From: a virus
Lineage: Duplodnaviria; Caudoviricetes
Strand: one strand, 5' to 3'
Length of the DNA stretch: 43,400 nucleotides
IMG/VR virus record: IMGVR_UViG_3300049173_000065
Location: 1-43,400 of that record
Below, piece by piece: positions 8,924 through 18,107 of this stretch (position 1 is its first letter; each line of letters begins with the position of its first letter). Position numbers and translations under genes: made by a program. The notes beneath the pieces were generated by a model. That model did no database searches. It had not been told where the DNA came from and saw only the letters and a program-made list of their open reading frames with translations.

Positions 8924-9983
8924 ATGCGCGCCGTGAGCCCCGCCACCCGACTCGACGTCTTCGGGTGGCTCCCAACCCGCTGACCGAAACGGCTGCGGAA
9001 CCATCCGCATCATGATCCCCCTCACCGAACTCCGCGAACACGGCCACACCGCAGGCTGGTCCGAACGCATCGACACCGACAACCTGCCGCGCACGGTCAT
9101 AGGCCAACGCGTCTGCAAGGAAGCACCCACCCGCGGCTGGCAGCAGCTCGCCACCAAGTCCAACAGGCCGAAGCTCGTCTTCGAAGTCGACGACAACCTG
9201 TGGGACATCGACTACCGCAGCGCCAAAGCCCACGAGTTCTTCAACGAGACCGGCGTCGTCGACAACCTCAACGCCAACATTCGGGCGGCGGACGCTGTCA
9301 CCGTCACCACCGAGGCGCTCGCCGACCTGGTGCGCCCGCACAATCCGAACATCCATATCGTCCCCAACTACCTGCCCGCGTGGCTCCTCCAGCACGAGCG
9401 GCCGCGCGAGGACGGGAAGCTCACGATCGGGTGGGGCGGGTCCGGCACCCACGCTATGGACCTCGCCGAAGTCGGCCCCCAGTTGCGCCGCTATCTCGAC
9501 CGGGCGCCCGCCCACGTCGAGCTGCACGTCATGGGCGAACCCAAGCCCCCGCCCCGACGTCGCGGTGTCATCCGACCGCACACACCGTGGACGGAGCAGC
9601 ACAAGCTGCCCGAAGGCAAGATCCGGTGGACGCCGTGGAATCAGTCGGTGGCGGAGTACTGGCGGGCCATCGACTACGACGTCATGCTCGCCCCCCTCCG
9701 GCCACATCTGTTCAACCGCAGCAAGTCCAACCTGCGCGTCCTGGAGGCGGCATTCCTGGGCATTCCGGTGATCGCGACGGACTACGGGCCCTACGCCGAG
9801 TTCGTCGAGCACGGCGTCACCGGCCTGCTGGTCCGGTCGGATCACGACTGGGGGAAGCATCTGCGGGCGCTGGTGGAGGACGAGGCGATGCGCGTCGCGA
9901 TGGGTGCGGCGGCCCGGGCGAAGGCGGCTGCTTGGACGGTCGAGGGCAACATCGGCGCCTGGGAGAAGGCGGTGATCGGATGA
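8924..9983 (+). CDS. GT-B (GT4-like) glycosyltransferase, apparently frameshifted near the N-terminus
   Basis: FEVDDNLW, IGWGGSGTH, FNRSKSNLRVLEAAFLGIPVIATDYGPY; LDVFGWL lies in one frame and ADRNGCGTIRIMIP in the +1 frame; intact ORF only from 9012. Confidence 0.8.
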
Positions 9984-10177
9984 GCGCTCCGCTGAACCTG
10001 GCCGCCGAGCAGATGCGCAAGTTCGCTGCCGCGCTGGATGCGCTGACCGAGGTGGCCAAGACGACTGGCGTCAGTCTCACCCCCTACTCGCGCCTGGAGT
10101 TGGGGCTGGACGACAACGTGCTGCACGTGTCGTGGGACGGCAGTGCCTACGTCATCGACGACCGCAACGGAGACTGA
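9980..10177 (+). CDS. Small hypothetical protein (MSAPLNLAAEQ...)
   Basis: ATGA coupling to the GT stop. Confidence 0.65.
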   Translation: MSAPLNLAAEQMRKFAAALDALTEVAKTTGVSLTPYSRLELGLDDNVLHVSWDGSAYVIDDRNGD

Positions 10178-10183
10178 TCGCCC

Positions 10184-10834
10184 GTGAACCTCACCGACCC
10201 CGCCGCAACTCCGGCCATCTTCGAGGGCGCCGTCCCGTTCCCCCACGCCGTCATCGACAGCCTGTGGCCCGACGACCAGCTGCGGGCGTGCGCCGCCGAA
10301 TTCCCGCCCGGCCACGACCCCCGCTGGACCACGTACCCGGACCCGAAGGAGTACGGCAAACGCGCCGGCGACTCCCGCATGTGGGGCCCGGCCACGAAAG
10401 CCTTCTTCGAGACGGCCCGGTCCGCCGCGGTCTGCCGCCAGTTGGAGGAGTGGACGGGGATCGCCCCGCTCACCGCTGACGACCTCGGCGGCGGAATGCA
10501 CATGACCGGTGAGGGCGGCCGGCTCGCGATGCACCGGGACTTCAATCGGCATCCGACGCTGCCGTTGGAGCGTCGGCTGAACCTGCTCGTGTTTCTGAAC
10601 GAGGAGTGGGAGCGGGAGTGGGGTGGCGTCCTCTACCTCGGCCGGGAGCGGGAGGTGGAGGTGTTGCCGTTGTTCGGGCGGACGGTGCTGTTCGCGTGTG
10701 GCCCGGAGTCTTGGCATGGGCATCCGGACCCGATCGTCGGCGAGCACTGGCGGCGCTCGCTGGCCGTCTACTACTACGCACCGCTTCGTGAGGAGACGGC
10801 GCCGTCGCACTCCACGGTGTGGGGTGAGCAATGA
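10184..10834 (+). CDS. 2OG-Fe(II) oxygenase (prolyl-hydroxylase-like branch)
   Basis: GGGMH...LAMHRDFN (HxD), RRLNLLVFLNEEW...WGG, SWHG (distal His), RRSLAVYYY (2OG-binding Arg). Confidence 0.88.
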   Translation: MNLTDPAATPAIFEGAVPFPHAVIDSLWPDDQLRACAAEFPPGHDPRWTTYPDPKEYGKRAGDSRMWGPATKAFFETARSAAVCRQLEEWTGIAPLTADDLGGGMHMTGEGGRLAMHRDFNRHPTLPLERRLNLLVFLNEEWEREWGGVLYLGREREVEVLPLFGRTVLFACGPESWHGHPDPIVGEHWRRSLAVYYYAPLREETAPSHSTVWGEQ

Positions 10835-11496
10835 CCCTGGCATTCGCTGTCGTCCCGTCCAACGGGCGCCCTGTACTGGACGAATGCCTGGCCGCAATCG
10901 GCGACCAGGTCGACACGGTGATCCTCATCGGGAACAACTGGCAGCGCGACCGCGGCGTTTCCTCATCGGGTGCGTTCGTATCGAACGACTACGACTACGG
11001 CGACCAGAACATCAGCCGCTGGTGGAACCACGGCCTGGACAAGGCCGAACGTCTGGCCCGGTATCGTGGCGCAGCCGAATGGGACGTCGCCGTCATCAAC
11101 GACGATGCGATCCTCCCCCCTGGGTGGGTCGAGACGCTGTCCTCGCGGATGCGAGCTACCACCGCGGTGTGCGCCTACCCGGATCAGACGGGCGGCCAGC
11201 AGGAGATCCTCCACACCGTGGCCGCGCCGGTGCCGCTTTCGCAGCGGATCACCGGGTACGCCTTCATGCTGCGCGGCGAAAGCGGGCTGCGGGCGGACGA
11301 GGATTTCGTGTGGTGGGCGGGCGACGACTCGCTCGACTGGACGGCCCGCCAGCAGGGCGGCGCGCTCCTTGTGCCCGGCATTCCGGTGGAGCACCGCGCG
11401 CCGGATGTGCAGACGAATGCCAGCCCGGTCCTGACGGCACAGACGTGCCGGGACATGGACACGTTCGTGTCGAAGTGGGGGGTCCGGCCGTGGTGA
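10831..11496 (+). CDS. GT-A fold (GT2-like) glycosyltransferase
   Basis: VVPSNGR, NISRWWNHGL, VINDDA (DxD-like), GYAFML, WWAGDD, VEH. Confidence 0.75.
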   Translation: MTLAFAVVPSNGRPVLDECLAAIGDQVDTVILIGNNWQRDRGVSSSGAFVSNDYDYGDQNISRWWNHGLDKAERLARYRGAAEWDVAVINDDAILPPGWVETLSSRMRATTAVCAYPDQTGGQQEILHTVAAPVPLSQRITGYAFMLRGESGLRADEDFVWWAGDDSLDWTARQQGGALLVPGIPVEHRAPDVQTNASPVLTAQTCRDMDTFVSKWGVRPW

Positions 11497-11514
11497 GTGA
11501 GGAGAGGCGAGCGG

Positions 11515-12039
11515 ATGCATCCTGAAGCGCGTGATGGGCTGGCCCGGCAGTTGGAGGCGTCGTGCCTGGATTTGTCGGCGCCGTGGCGGGTGCTGGATCT
11601 GGGTGGCCGGGACATCAACGGCAGCATCCGGGACCTGCTCCCGGCCGCGACATGGACGGGCCTGGACGTTGAGGCGGGTCCGGGTGTGGATCTGGTGCAC
11701 GACGCGACTCGGCCGTGGCCGGAAGGTTTCGATCGGTTCGATCTGGTCGTGTGCACCGAGGTGTTGGAGCACGTCGAGAAGTGGGCGGCCCTGCTACGGA
11801 CCGCAGCCCATGCCCTTGAACCGGGCGGCCCGGAAGTCCTGTTCGTGACGTGCGCGTCCACCGGCAGGCGGCCGCACGGGGCGTCCGGTGAGATGGACCC
11901 GCCGCCGGGCGAGTGGTACGCGAACGTTCCGCCCGGGCTGCTGGAGGCGCGCCTGCTGGACGTGTTCGAGCACGTGGCGGTGGAGTATCGGGCGAACCCG
12001 GGGGACGCCTACGGGCGGGCTCAGGGGGTCCTGCGGTGA
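11515..12039 (+). CDS. Class I SAM-dependent methyltransferase
   Basis: VLDLGG motif I, TGLDVEAGPGVDLVHD, FDLVVCTEVLEHV; GAGGAG RBS. Confidence 0.88.
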   Translation: MHPEARDGLARQLEASCLDLSAPWRVLDLGGRDINGSIRDLLPAATWTGLDVEAGPGVDLVHDATRPWPEGFDRFDLVVCTEVLEHVEKWAALLRTAAHALEPGGPEVLFVTCASTGRRPHGASGEMDPPPGEWYANVPPGLLEARLLDVFEHVAVEYRANPGDAYGRAQGVLR

Positions 12040-12269
12040 GCATCCACCGTCTCGACGTCCCCGAGCTTCGGCGCCGCCTCGACGAGCGCCGCCTCCAACG
12101 CGGCCTCACCTGGCAAGAGCTGGCCGTGGCCGTCGACCTCAGCCCCTCCATGTTCTCCCGACTCGCCGCCGGACTCCGACCCGACGCGGACGCCCTCGTC
12201 ACGCTCCTCGTCTGGCTCGACCTCGACACCGACGTCTGCGTAATGGTCAAACCGAAGGACGCGCCGTGA
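12036..12269 (+). CDS. Small XRE HTH protein
   Basis: RLQRGLTWQELAVAVDLSPSMFSRLAAGLRPDAD; GTGA coupling. Confidence 0.8.
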   Translation: MSIHRLDVPELRRRLDERRLQRGLTWQELAVAVDLSPSMFSRLAAGLRPDADALVTLLVWLDLDTDVCVMVKPKDAP

Positions 12270-12553
12270 CCAACCTCCCGCCTGCGCTGCTCTCGCTCAT
12301 CGAAGGCAAGAACGCTGAGCTGAAGCAGCACCATCTCGACGCCCGCATCGGCAACTTGCAGGGCTCCCGCGTCCAGAACGTCCGCGACGTCCTCGACGAA
12401 TGGGCGCCCTCGCCCGGCACCCCGCTGCACGCCCTGTGGACCCAGGTCGACGAGGCGATCCGCCAGTACGAGACCGAGATCGAAGCCATCCGGCAGGAGT
12501 CCTACAGGGCGATTCCCGGCGTCACGGACCCCAACCACCGCGAGGGGGACTGA
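12266..12553 (+). CDS. Hypothetical protein (MTNLPPALL...)
   Basis: GTGA coupling; GAAGGA RBS. Confidence 0.65.
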   Translation: MTNLPPALLSLIEGKNAELKQHHLDARIGNLQGSRVQNVRDVLDEWAPSPGTPLHALWTQVDEAIRQYETEIEAIRQESYRAIPGVTDPNHREGD

Positions 12554-13182
12554 TGGGCGCCTTCGGTGAGATCACCGTCGTCATACCAGCTCACCCGGCG
12601 CGAGTCGCGAACGGCATGCTCGACCGCGCGGTGGCCAGCGTGAAAGCGCAGCTGCTTCCCGCCGCCGACATCAGCATCGCCATCGACGAACACGGCGACG
12701 GCGCGGCGGTCACCCGGCAGCGGGCGCTGGACGCGGTGGAGACCGAGTGGGTGGCGTTCCTCGACAGCGACGACTGGTTCTACCCGGAGCATCTGAAGGT
12801 GTTGGCGGCCGGGGCGAGGATCTTCAACGCGGACTATCTCTTCAGCTACTACTTGGTCCACTTCCCTGACGGGCGGCCGTGGCCGCAGAACGATCCGCTT
12901 GGCCACTTTGGGAAGCAGTTCAATCCGCAGGCCCCCCACCAGACCACGATCACCACGCTCGTCCGTACCGAGCTCGCCAAAAAGATCGGCTTCCAGGATC
13001 CACCCGAAGGCGCCGAGATCGGCGGCCACCGAGGCGGCGAGGACTGGTTCTTCACCGTCGGCTGCGCGCAAGCCGGAGCGAAGATGATCCACATTCCCAG
13101 GCGCACGTGGGCATGGTGCCACCACGGCGCGAACAGCTCCGGGATCCCCGGGCGCGGCGACGCAGCAGCGAGGCGCGCATGA
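12553..13182 (+). CDS. GT2-family glycosyltransferase
   Basis: ITVVIP...AVASVKAQ...RQRAL...WVAFLDSDD...EDW. Confidence 0.9.
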   Translation: MGAFGEITVVIPAHPARVANGMLDRAVASVKAQLLPAADISIAIDEHGDGAAVTRQRALDAVETEWVAFLDSDDWFYPEHLKVLAAGARIFNADYLFSYYLVHFPDGRPWPQNDPLGHFGKQFNPQAPHQTTITTLVRTELAKKIGFQDPPEGAEIGGHRGGEDWFFTVGCAQAGAKMIHIPRRTWAWCHHGANSSGIPGRGDAAARRA

Positions 13183-13391
13183 CCGGCCCTGACCACTACC
13201 GCGAGGGCGAACGCCTACTCGCCGAGTCCGAGGACACCAGCGCCGCCTTCAAGCCGGACGAAGCTCAGCCACTCGCCGCCCAAGCCGCCGCCCACTTCCT
13301 CGCCGCCCTCGCAGCCAGCCACGCCGCCGCCAACCACCCCGACAGCACCAGCTGGGACCACGCCATCAACCCCAAGGAGCAGCGCCCATGA
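13179..13391 (+). CDS. Hypothetical phage protein (MTGPDHYREGERLL...)
   Basis: ATGA coupling on both sides. Confidence 0.7.
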   Translation: MTGPDHYREGERLLAESEDTSAAFKPDEAQPLAAQAAAHFLAALAASHAAANHPDSTSWDHAINPKEQRP

Positions 13392-13621
13392 ACCAGCAGA
13401 TCAGCATGGAAGACGCCTTCCCCACCTTCCAGAAGAAGACCCGCGAACTCTTCGAAACCAACCTCCTCCTCCAAGCCCAGGTCGACGTTCAGGAACGCCA
13501 GATCGCCGCCCTACGCGAAGAGAACGAGCGACTCAAGCAAGGCACACCCGATACCGAGACGACCGCCGGCCCGGACCTCGCCGCGCAGCCCCCATACCAA
13601 CCGGCCGACAACGGTGACTAA
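13388..13621 (+). CDS. Small coiled-coil hypothetical protein
   Basis: AAGGAG RBS, ATGA coupling, heptad-like central region. Confidence 0.7.
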   Translation: MNQQISMEDAFPTFQKKTRELFETNLLLQAQVDVQERQIAALREENERLKQGTPDTETTAGPDLAAQPPYQPADNGD

Positions 13622-13698
13622 GGCCTCCGCCAGCCGAGCAGCGCGCCGATGGCGATGACGCCGACCTCGATGAGCAGGATCACCTGAAACGTAGACAC
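13618..13698 (-). CDS. 26-aa single-TM peptide (MSTFQVILLIEVGVIAIGALLGWRRP; not in the ORF track)
   Basis: AGAGGAG RBS, GTG at 13698, hydrophobic core with basic tail, last ORF of the tail operon. Confidence 0.55.
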   Translation of the reverse strand: MSTFQVILLIEVGVIAIGALLGWRRP

Positions 13699-13712
13699 CT
13701 GAAGGCTCCTCT

Positions 13713-14738
13713 CTATGCGATGCGTTCGAAGATGACGCGCGCGGTCAGCGTGTTCGACGCGCTGGCCGCAGCCCACTGGGCCGTCACCGTGAAGTCCTGC
13801 GACACCGTCGTGTCGCGGACGATGGTGCCGTCACTGGAGCCGAGCTGAGGCCCCGAAGCACCCACGGACCCGGTGTCCTGCGTGTTACGGACCTCTTGCA
13901 GCATGCAAAACCACGTCCCCGACGCGCCGGTGGTAGCGCAGACCAGGTCGACTTCGACGGCCGTCTCCTTGTTGGTCTGTCCGGTGCCGCTCAGGGTGGT
14001 GGGGCCGGCCGTCGCCAGGGTGGTGCCTGCGACGCCGCCGAGGCGGACACGCCAGGTGAGTTGGGCGGACGCCAGGAACGACACGTTGGCGATGACGCGG
14101 GCCCGGTAGATGGCGCCCGCTACGGCGTCGCCTGCGGGGATGGTCATGGTGCCGACGGCGGTTTCGGTGGTGGTGTTGGCGACGGTGGCTCCAGCGGCGA
14201 CGGCGAGGGCGTTGCGGTGGATGGTGGTGCCGTTGACGAGCTTGAGGTCCCCGCCGACTTTGAAGTGGTCGCCGTTGGCGGTGCCGAGGGTGTCGACGGC
14301 GGTGCGGGCAAGCGTGACGTCGACGGCGCCGGAACCGGGCCCCCATTTCATGGTGCCGTCGGCGGTCATCTCGAACCGGTTGAAGGTGTCGCCGGAGACG
14401 AGGGAAATGTATTTGGTGGTGCTGTTTGCTGTGCCGTTCAGGGTGAAGCTGCGAGTTCCGGTCAGGGTGAAGCTGGCGCCGTTGGAGGCGATCTCGATCC
14501 ACGATCCGGATGCGGGGGATGATCCGTTGGAGTAGTACAGGCGGCCGGTGTCGGATTCGGCGATCGGCTTCCCGGAGTAGGGGCTGCTGGGCCTGGTGCT
14601 GCTGGTGACGATCTGGAACCCGGCTGCGGCGTCGACCTTGTCCCAGTTCTGTCCGAGGTCTTGGCTGTAGTTGACCAGCTCGGAGCCGTCCGACTTGGAC
14701 TTGTAGAGGGCGAGCCTGGTGGTGGACGGGTCAGGCAC
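13713..14738 (-). CDS. Minor tail protein / putative receptor-binding protein
   Basis: Last large tail-operon gene; AAGGAGG RBS before GTG 14738; T/S/G-rich beta-type sequence. Confidence 0.7.
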   Translation of the reverse strand: MPDPSTTRLALYKSKSDGSELVNYSQDLGQNWDKVDAAAGFQIVTSSTRPSSPYSGKPIAESDTGRLYYSNGSSPASGSWIEIASNGASFTLTGTRSFTLNGTANSTTKYISLVSGDTFNRFEMTADGTMKWGPGSGAVDVTLARTAVDTLGTANGDHFKVGGDLKLVNGTTIHRNALAVAAGATVANTTTETAVGTMTIPAGDAVAGAIYRARVIANVSFLASAQLTWRVRLGGVAGTTLATAGPTTLSGTGQTNKETAVEVDLVCATTGASGTWFCMLQEVRNTQDTGSVGASGPQLGSSDGTIVRDTTVSQDFTVTAQWAAASASNTLTARVIFERIA

Positions 14739-15231
14739 GGGAGGCCTCCTTACTGTTCGGTTGCACGGGCAGGGCGCCGTACAGGGCGACCCAGCGGCGG
14801 GTGTCGACGCTCTCGCGCATCGCACGGACGCGGGCCAGATCCGGCTCGTGGCTGGTACGCACCTGGGCGAGCACCGCTTGGCCGCGGACTTCGATCTGTA
14901 CTGGGCAGGCCTTCACGCGCGCGAGGTGGGCGGTTCGTGCGGCTGCCGTGCTGACGGCTTCTTTCAGTGAGGGCCCGTCGTCTGCGTACCGCGCGGGGGT
15001 GTCATCGGTCTCCTCGGTGACTCGCATGTGCGGCTCATGCAGGACGATTTCGAGGAGGGTGTCCGTGTCGGCGGGATCGATGCCGTATTCGGCTGCCCGC
15101 CATTCCAGGATGTCCTGCGGCATCGTGTGTACGTGCAGCATGCCGTCGGGGCGGAGCATCCGGACCTGCCAGCAGGGCGTTCTGCCGATGAGGCGTGCGC
15201 CCACTTCTTGGACTGTCCATTTTTCAACCAT
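14731..15231 (-). CDS. Tail-associated hypothetical protein
   Basis: Between minor tail genes; GAGGA RBS. Confidence 0.65.
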   Translation of the reverse strand: MVEKWTVQEVGARLIGRTPCWQVRMLRPDGMLHVHTMPQDILEWRAAEYGIDPADTDTLLEIVLHEPHMRVTEETDDTPARYADDGPSLKEAVSTAAARTAHLARVKACPVQIEVRGQAVLAQVRTSHEPDLARVRAMRESVDTRRWVALYGALPVQPNSKEASRA

Positions 15232-15241
15232 GTTCAGGTCC

Positions 15242-18103
15242 TCATACTCGGTAGCACCAGAAGTTGATGGCCATGGTCTGGACGTTGTTCCAGGAGACGG
15301 TGAAGCCGGTGGTGGATGAGGCGGACACTCCCCACACGGTGGGGGTTGCGGTGCCGAAGTTCGTGGCCCGCAGCGTGACGATGGGGATCATCGTTGAGTC
15401 CATCGTCGGCCCGTAGGAGAGGCTCGCGGCGGCCGCCCCGGCTACGGTCACGGAGCCGGTGAAAATGCCGTAGTTGCTTCCCGCGGCCAGGTAGTTGGCC
15501 CACTGGCCGACGTGCTTGGTGTTGCCGCTGATGAAGTCGAAGTGGTTGGTGTCGGCGGAGTTGGGCCCCCAGCCGATGGCAGTGACGTCGTCGGTGGCGA
15601 GGAAGTAGCCGCCCGTGACGCCCCCTGATGTGAAGTTGGCGAAGAGGCCGGTAGTGGCCGCGTAGACAGCGCCGCCGTCCTGGACTTGGGTGCTTTCCCT
15701 GACGACTTCCAGTTGTGCGGAGCTGGAGTTCAGGTAGACGCGGGAGATCACGCTATTGCCCGCGTTGTCGTAGGGCGAGCTGTTCATGCCGAGGCTGACG
15801 TCGCTGCCTGCGGTGACGGCGTTGATGTATCCGTAGTCGCTTCCGGAGTCGGGGTAGAAACGCAGCTCGGGAAGGAACGTCGCGGTCGGGTTGATCTCCA
15901 GGCGTTTCCCGGTGGTGCCGGACTTCAGCTGCCCGATGATCGTCACGTCGCCGCTGGATGCGTCGGCGAAGAAGGTGCGCGTCCCTGCCGCGTTGTAGGC
16001 CTGGAATCCGGAGGCGGACATTTCGGTGCGGGCTCCGGTGTCGGCGGTCTTGATGCGGGCGCCGACGATCCAGTCCGCCGAAATCGTTCCGGCCGTGACC
16101 TTGGTGACGGTCAGGTCGCTGATGTGGGCGTCGTCGATGAGGAGCGCGGTCGCGGAGGCCGCATCCGACGGGCCCGACTTGTTGCCCGTCTTGTCGACCG
16201 CCACGACCCGCACGTAGCGGGCGCTCGTCTCCTCCACCTGCGCCGTGAACACCACAGGGATCTGCGCCTGGATCATGCCCGCGTTCGCGGATGCTTTCCC
16301 CTTCAGTGTGGTTTCGTCCGGGGTGAACCCGGGCTCGTACGAGACGTGCACCTCAAGATGGTCGAGGTCCGACTCCAAGTTGAAGGTGCCGCCGGAACTC
16401 TTGCCGAGTTCGTGCGTGACCTGCACGGCGATCCGCGACGCCGCCACCGACGGGGCCGCCGGAGTCGACGGGGGAATGTTGTCGGCGGACGCCACGAACG
16501 TCGTTGTCGGCGACCACGCCCCGGTGTTGCCGGACTTGTCGACGGCACGGATCTGCACGTCGTAGCCGACACCCGGGGACAGGTCCTGAAGCTGGGCTGT
16601 GGACTCGCCCCAGGCGACGTACATGACCTGCCAGTCGCCGTCCGGCGCGGCGAACGGCTGCGCCCACGACTGCAAGTCCTGCCAGCGGACCTGCGAGATC
16701 TGGGACCAGGTCGCCGGGTAGATCATGTCAGTGTCCACCGCGTAGCGGATCTCGTAGTGATCGCCGTCGAGGACGGTGCTTCCGTCGACGTTGTTGGGGG
16801 CGGTCCATGAGAGGACGGCGCGGGCCCGGGTGAAGCCGCGGCCGTCGAGGTAGGCGACACCCGTGAACGGCTCCACGAACACGGGCACACCGGGCACGCT
16901 CGTGTCGGCGTTGGGGCGGGAGCCGACCGGTTCCGTCGAGGAATCGGTCAGCTGGCGGGAGAAATCCCCGACTGTCACCGTGCTGGTGTCGTCTGTTTCG
17001 AACTCGATGTAGTCGGTGAGGTCGGTCCACACGCCGGCCGCAGACCGGTACGCGACCGTATACCCGGCGGTCACAGCCCAGTTGGTCTCGGTGACCTGCA
17101 ACTTGAGCGGGTTGAGGCGCATGCCTCGGAACGTGATCTCGGTGGTGGTGTCGATGAGCCCCGCGTCGGGGTCGTACACCCACACCCGGTCGCCGACCAC
17201 AAACGAGCCGTGGACGTCGTAGTCGGCGGTCGACAGCGTCAGCGCGTTCCGCGTCGACGTGAATCGCGACAGCTGCAACGCGGCCCGAATGTTTGCGTTC
17301 GTCGTCGCCGTGTCCGACTCCGAGACCAGCCGGGTCAACTTCAGCGGATTGCCGTGGATGTCCTTGTAGCCGGTGGCCGGGGAGATGTCTGCGGCGCCCG
17401 TGGCGACGCTGCTGCCCTCCCCTTCGGCGAGGAGTACGACGCGGGTGGAGTAGTCCTCCACGTCCCGGGTGACGTCCAGGCTGCCCGGGAGGGCACGCAG
17501 CGTCATGTCTTCGCCCGCGCCCTTGGTGACGATCACGCAGGTGGGAGTCGTCACGAACAGGCTGGAGTCCGGGCCCGCGTCGAGGGTCCCGTTCCCGTTG
17601 ACCCGCCAGGAGACGGGCACCGAACTCGTGGACATGGTGTCGCACACGTAGCTGATGGCGGTGCGCGGGGTTTCGTACTGGTGGCGGCCGGTGTAGGCGC
17701 CGGCCACGCTGTAGTAGGTGCCTGCGGTGACGGCTCCGGACGCGGGGAGCAGCATGTTGATCGTGGCCGCGAAACTGGCGGAAGCGGGCGTGACGGCATT
17801 CTCGAAGATGTCGCCCTTGTTGTCTTCGTCGCCGAGCCAGAACGCCATGCCGACGCCGCCGACGCTGATGTCGTCGCCGGATTCGGTGGTGCGGCCGTCG
17901 TCGCCGATCGTCTTCGTGCGGACGACACCGACGTAGCGGGCTGCGGTCAGCAGGTTGTCGCCGTACTGTGCGGGGTCGAGGCGTCCGGGGACGATCGCGA
18001 CATGCCCGAAGTAGTCGATGGCGTCCAGGGTGTCGCGGGGTACGCCCGGGAGGAGCTTCAGATCCCAGGACCCGAGCGCTTTGAGGACTTCGGTGACCGC
18101 CAC
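15242..18103 (-). CDS. Large minor tail / tail tip protein with fibronectin-III-like segments
   Basis: LSWTAP...YEIRY, LSPGVGYDVQIRAVDKSGN and YVRVVAVDKTGNKSGPS FN3-like motifs; second gene after the TMP. Confidence 0.8.
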   Translation of the reverse strand: MAVTEVLKALGSWDLKLLPGVPRDTLDAIDYFGHVAIVPGRLDPAQYGDNLLTAARYVGVVRTKTIGDDGRTTESGDDISVGGVGMAFWLGDEDNKGDIFENAVTPASASFAATINMLLPASGAVTAGTYYSVAGAYTGRHQYETPRTAISYVCDTMSTSSVPVSWRVNGNGTLDAGPDSSLFVTTPTCVIVTKGAGEDMTLRALPGSLDVTRDVEDYSTRVVLLAEGEGSSVATGAADISPATGYKDIHGNPLKLTRLVSESDTATTNANIRAALQLSRFTSTRNALTLSTADYDVHGSFVVGDRVWVYDPDAGLIDTTTEITFRGMRLNPLKLQVTETNWAVTAGYTVAYRSAAGVWTDLTDYIEFETDDTSTVTVGDFSRQLTDSSTEPVGSRPNADTSVPGVPVFVEPFTGVAYLDGRGFTRARAVLSWTAPNNVDGSTVLDGDHYEIRYAVDTDMIYPATWSQISQVRWQDLQSWAQPFAAPDGDWQVMYVAWGESTAQLQDLSPGVGYDVQIRAVDKSGNTGAWSPTTTFVASADNIPPSTPAAPSVAASRIAVQVTHELGKSSGGTFNLESDLDHLEVHVSYEPGFTPDETTLKGKASANAGMIQAQIPVVFTAQVEETSARYVRVVAVDKTGNKSGPSDAASATALLIDDAHISDLTVTKVTAGTISADWIVGARIKTADTGARTEMSASGFQAYNAAGTRTFFADASSGDVTIIGQLKSGTTGKRLEINPTATFLPELRFYPDSGSDYGYINAVTAGSDVSLGMNSSPYDNAGNSVISRVYLNSSSAQLEVVRESTQVQDGGAVYAATTGLFANFTSGGVTGGYFLATDDVTAIGWGPNSADTNHFDFISGNTKHVGQWANYLAAGSNYGIFTGSVTVAGAAAASLSYGPTMDSTMIPIVTLRATNFGTATPTVWGVSASSTTGFTVSWNNVQTMAINFWCYRV

Positions 18104-18107
18104 CCGC

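Noticed and set aside
10184-10834. TET/JBP-type DNA base oxygenase call
   Set aside because: Visible motifs fit the prolyl-hydroxylase-like branch better; DNA modification is kept only as an alternative hypothesis
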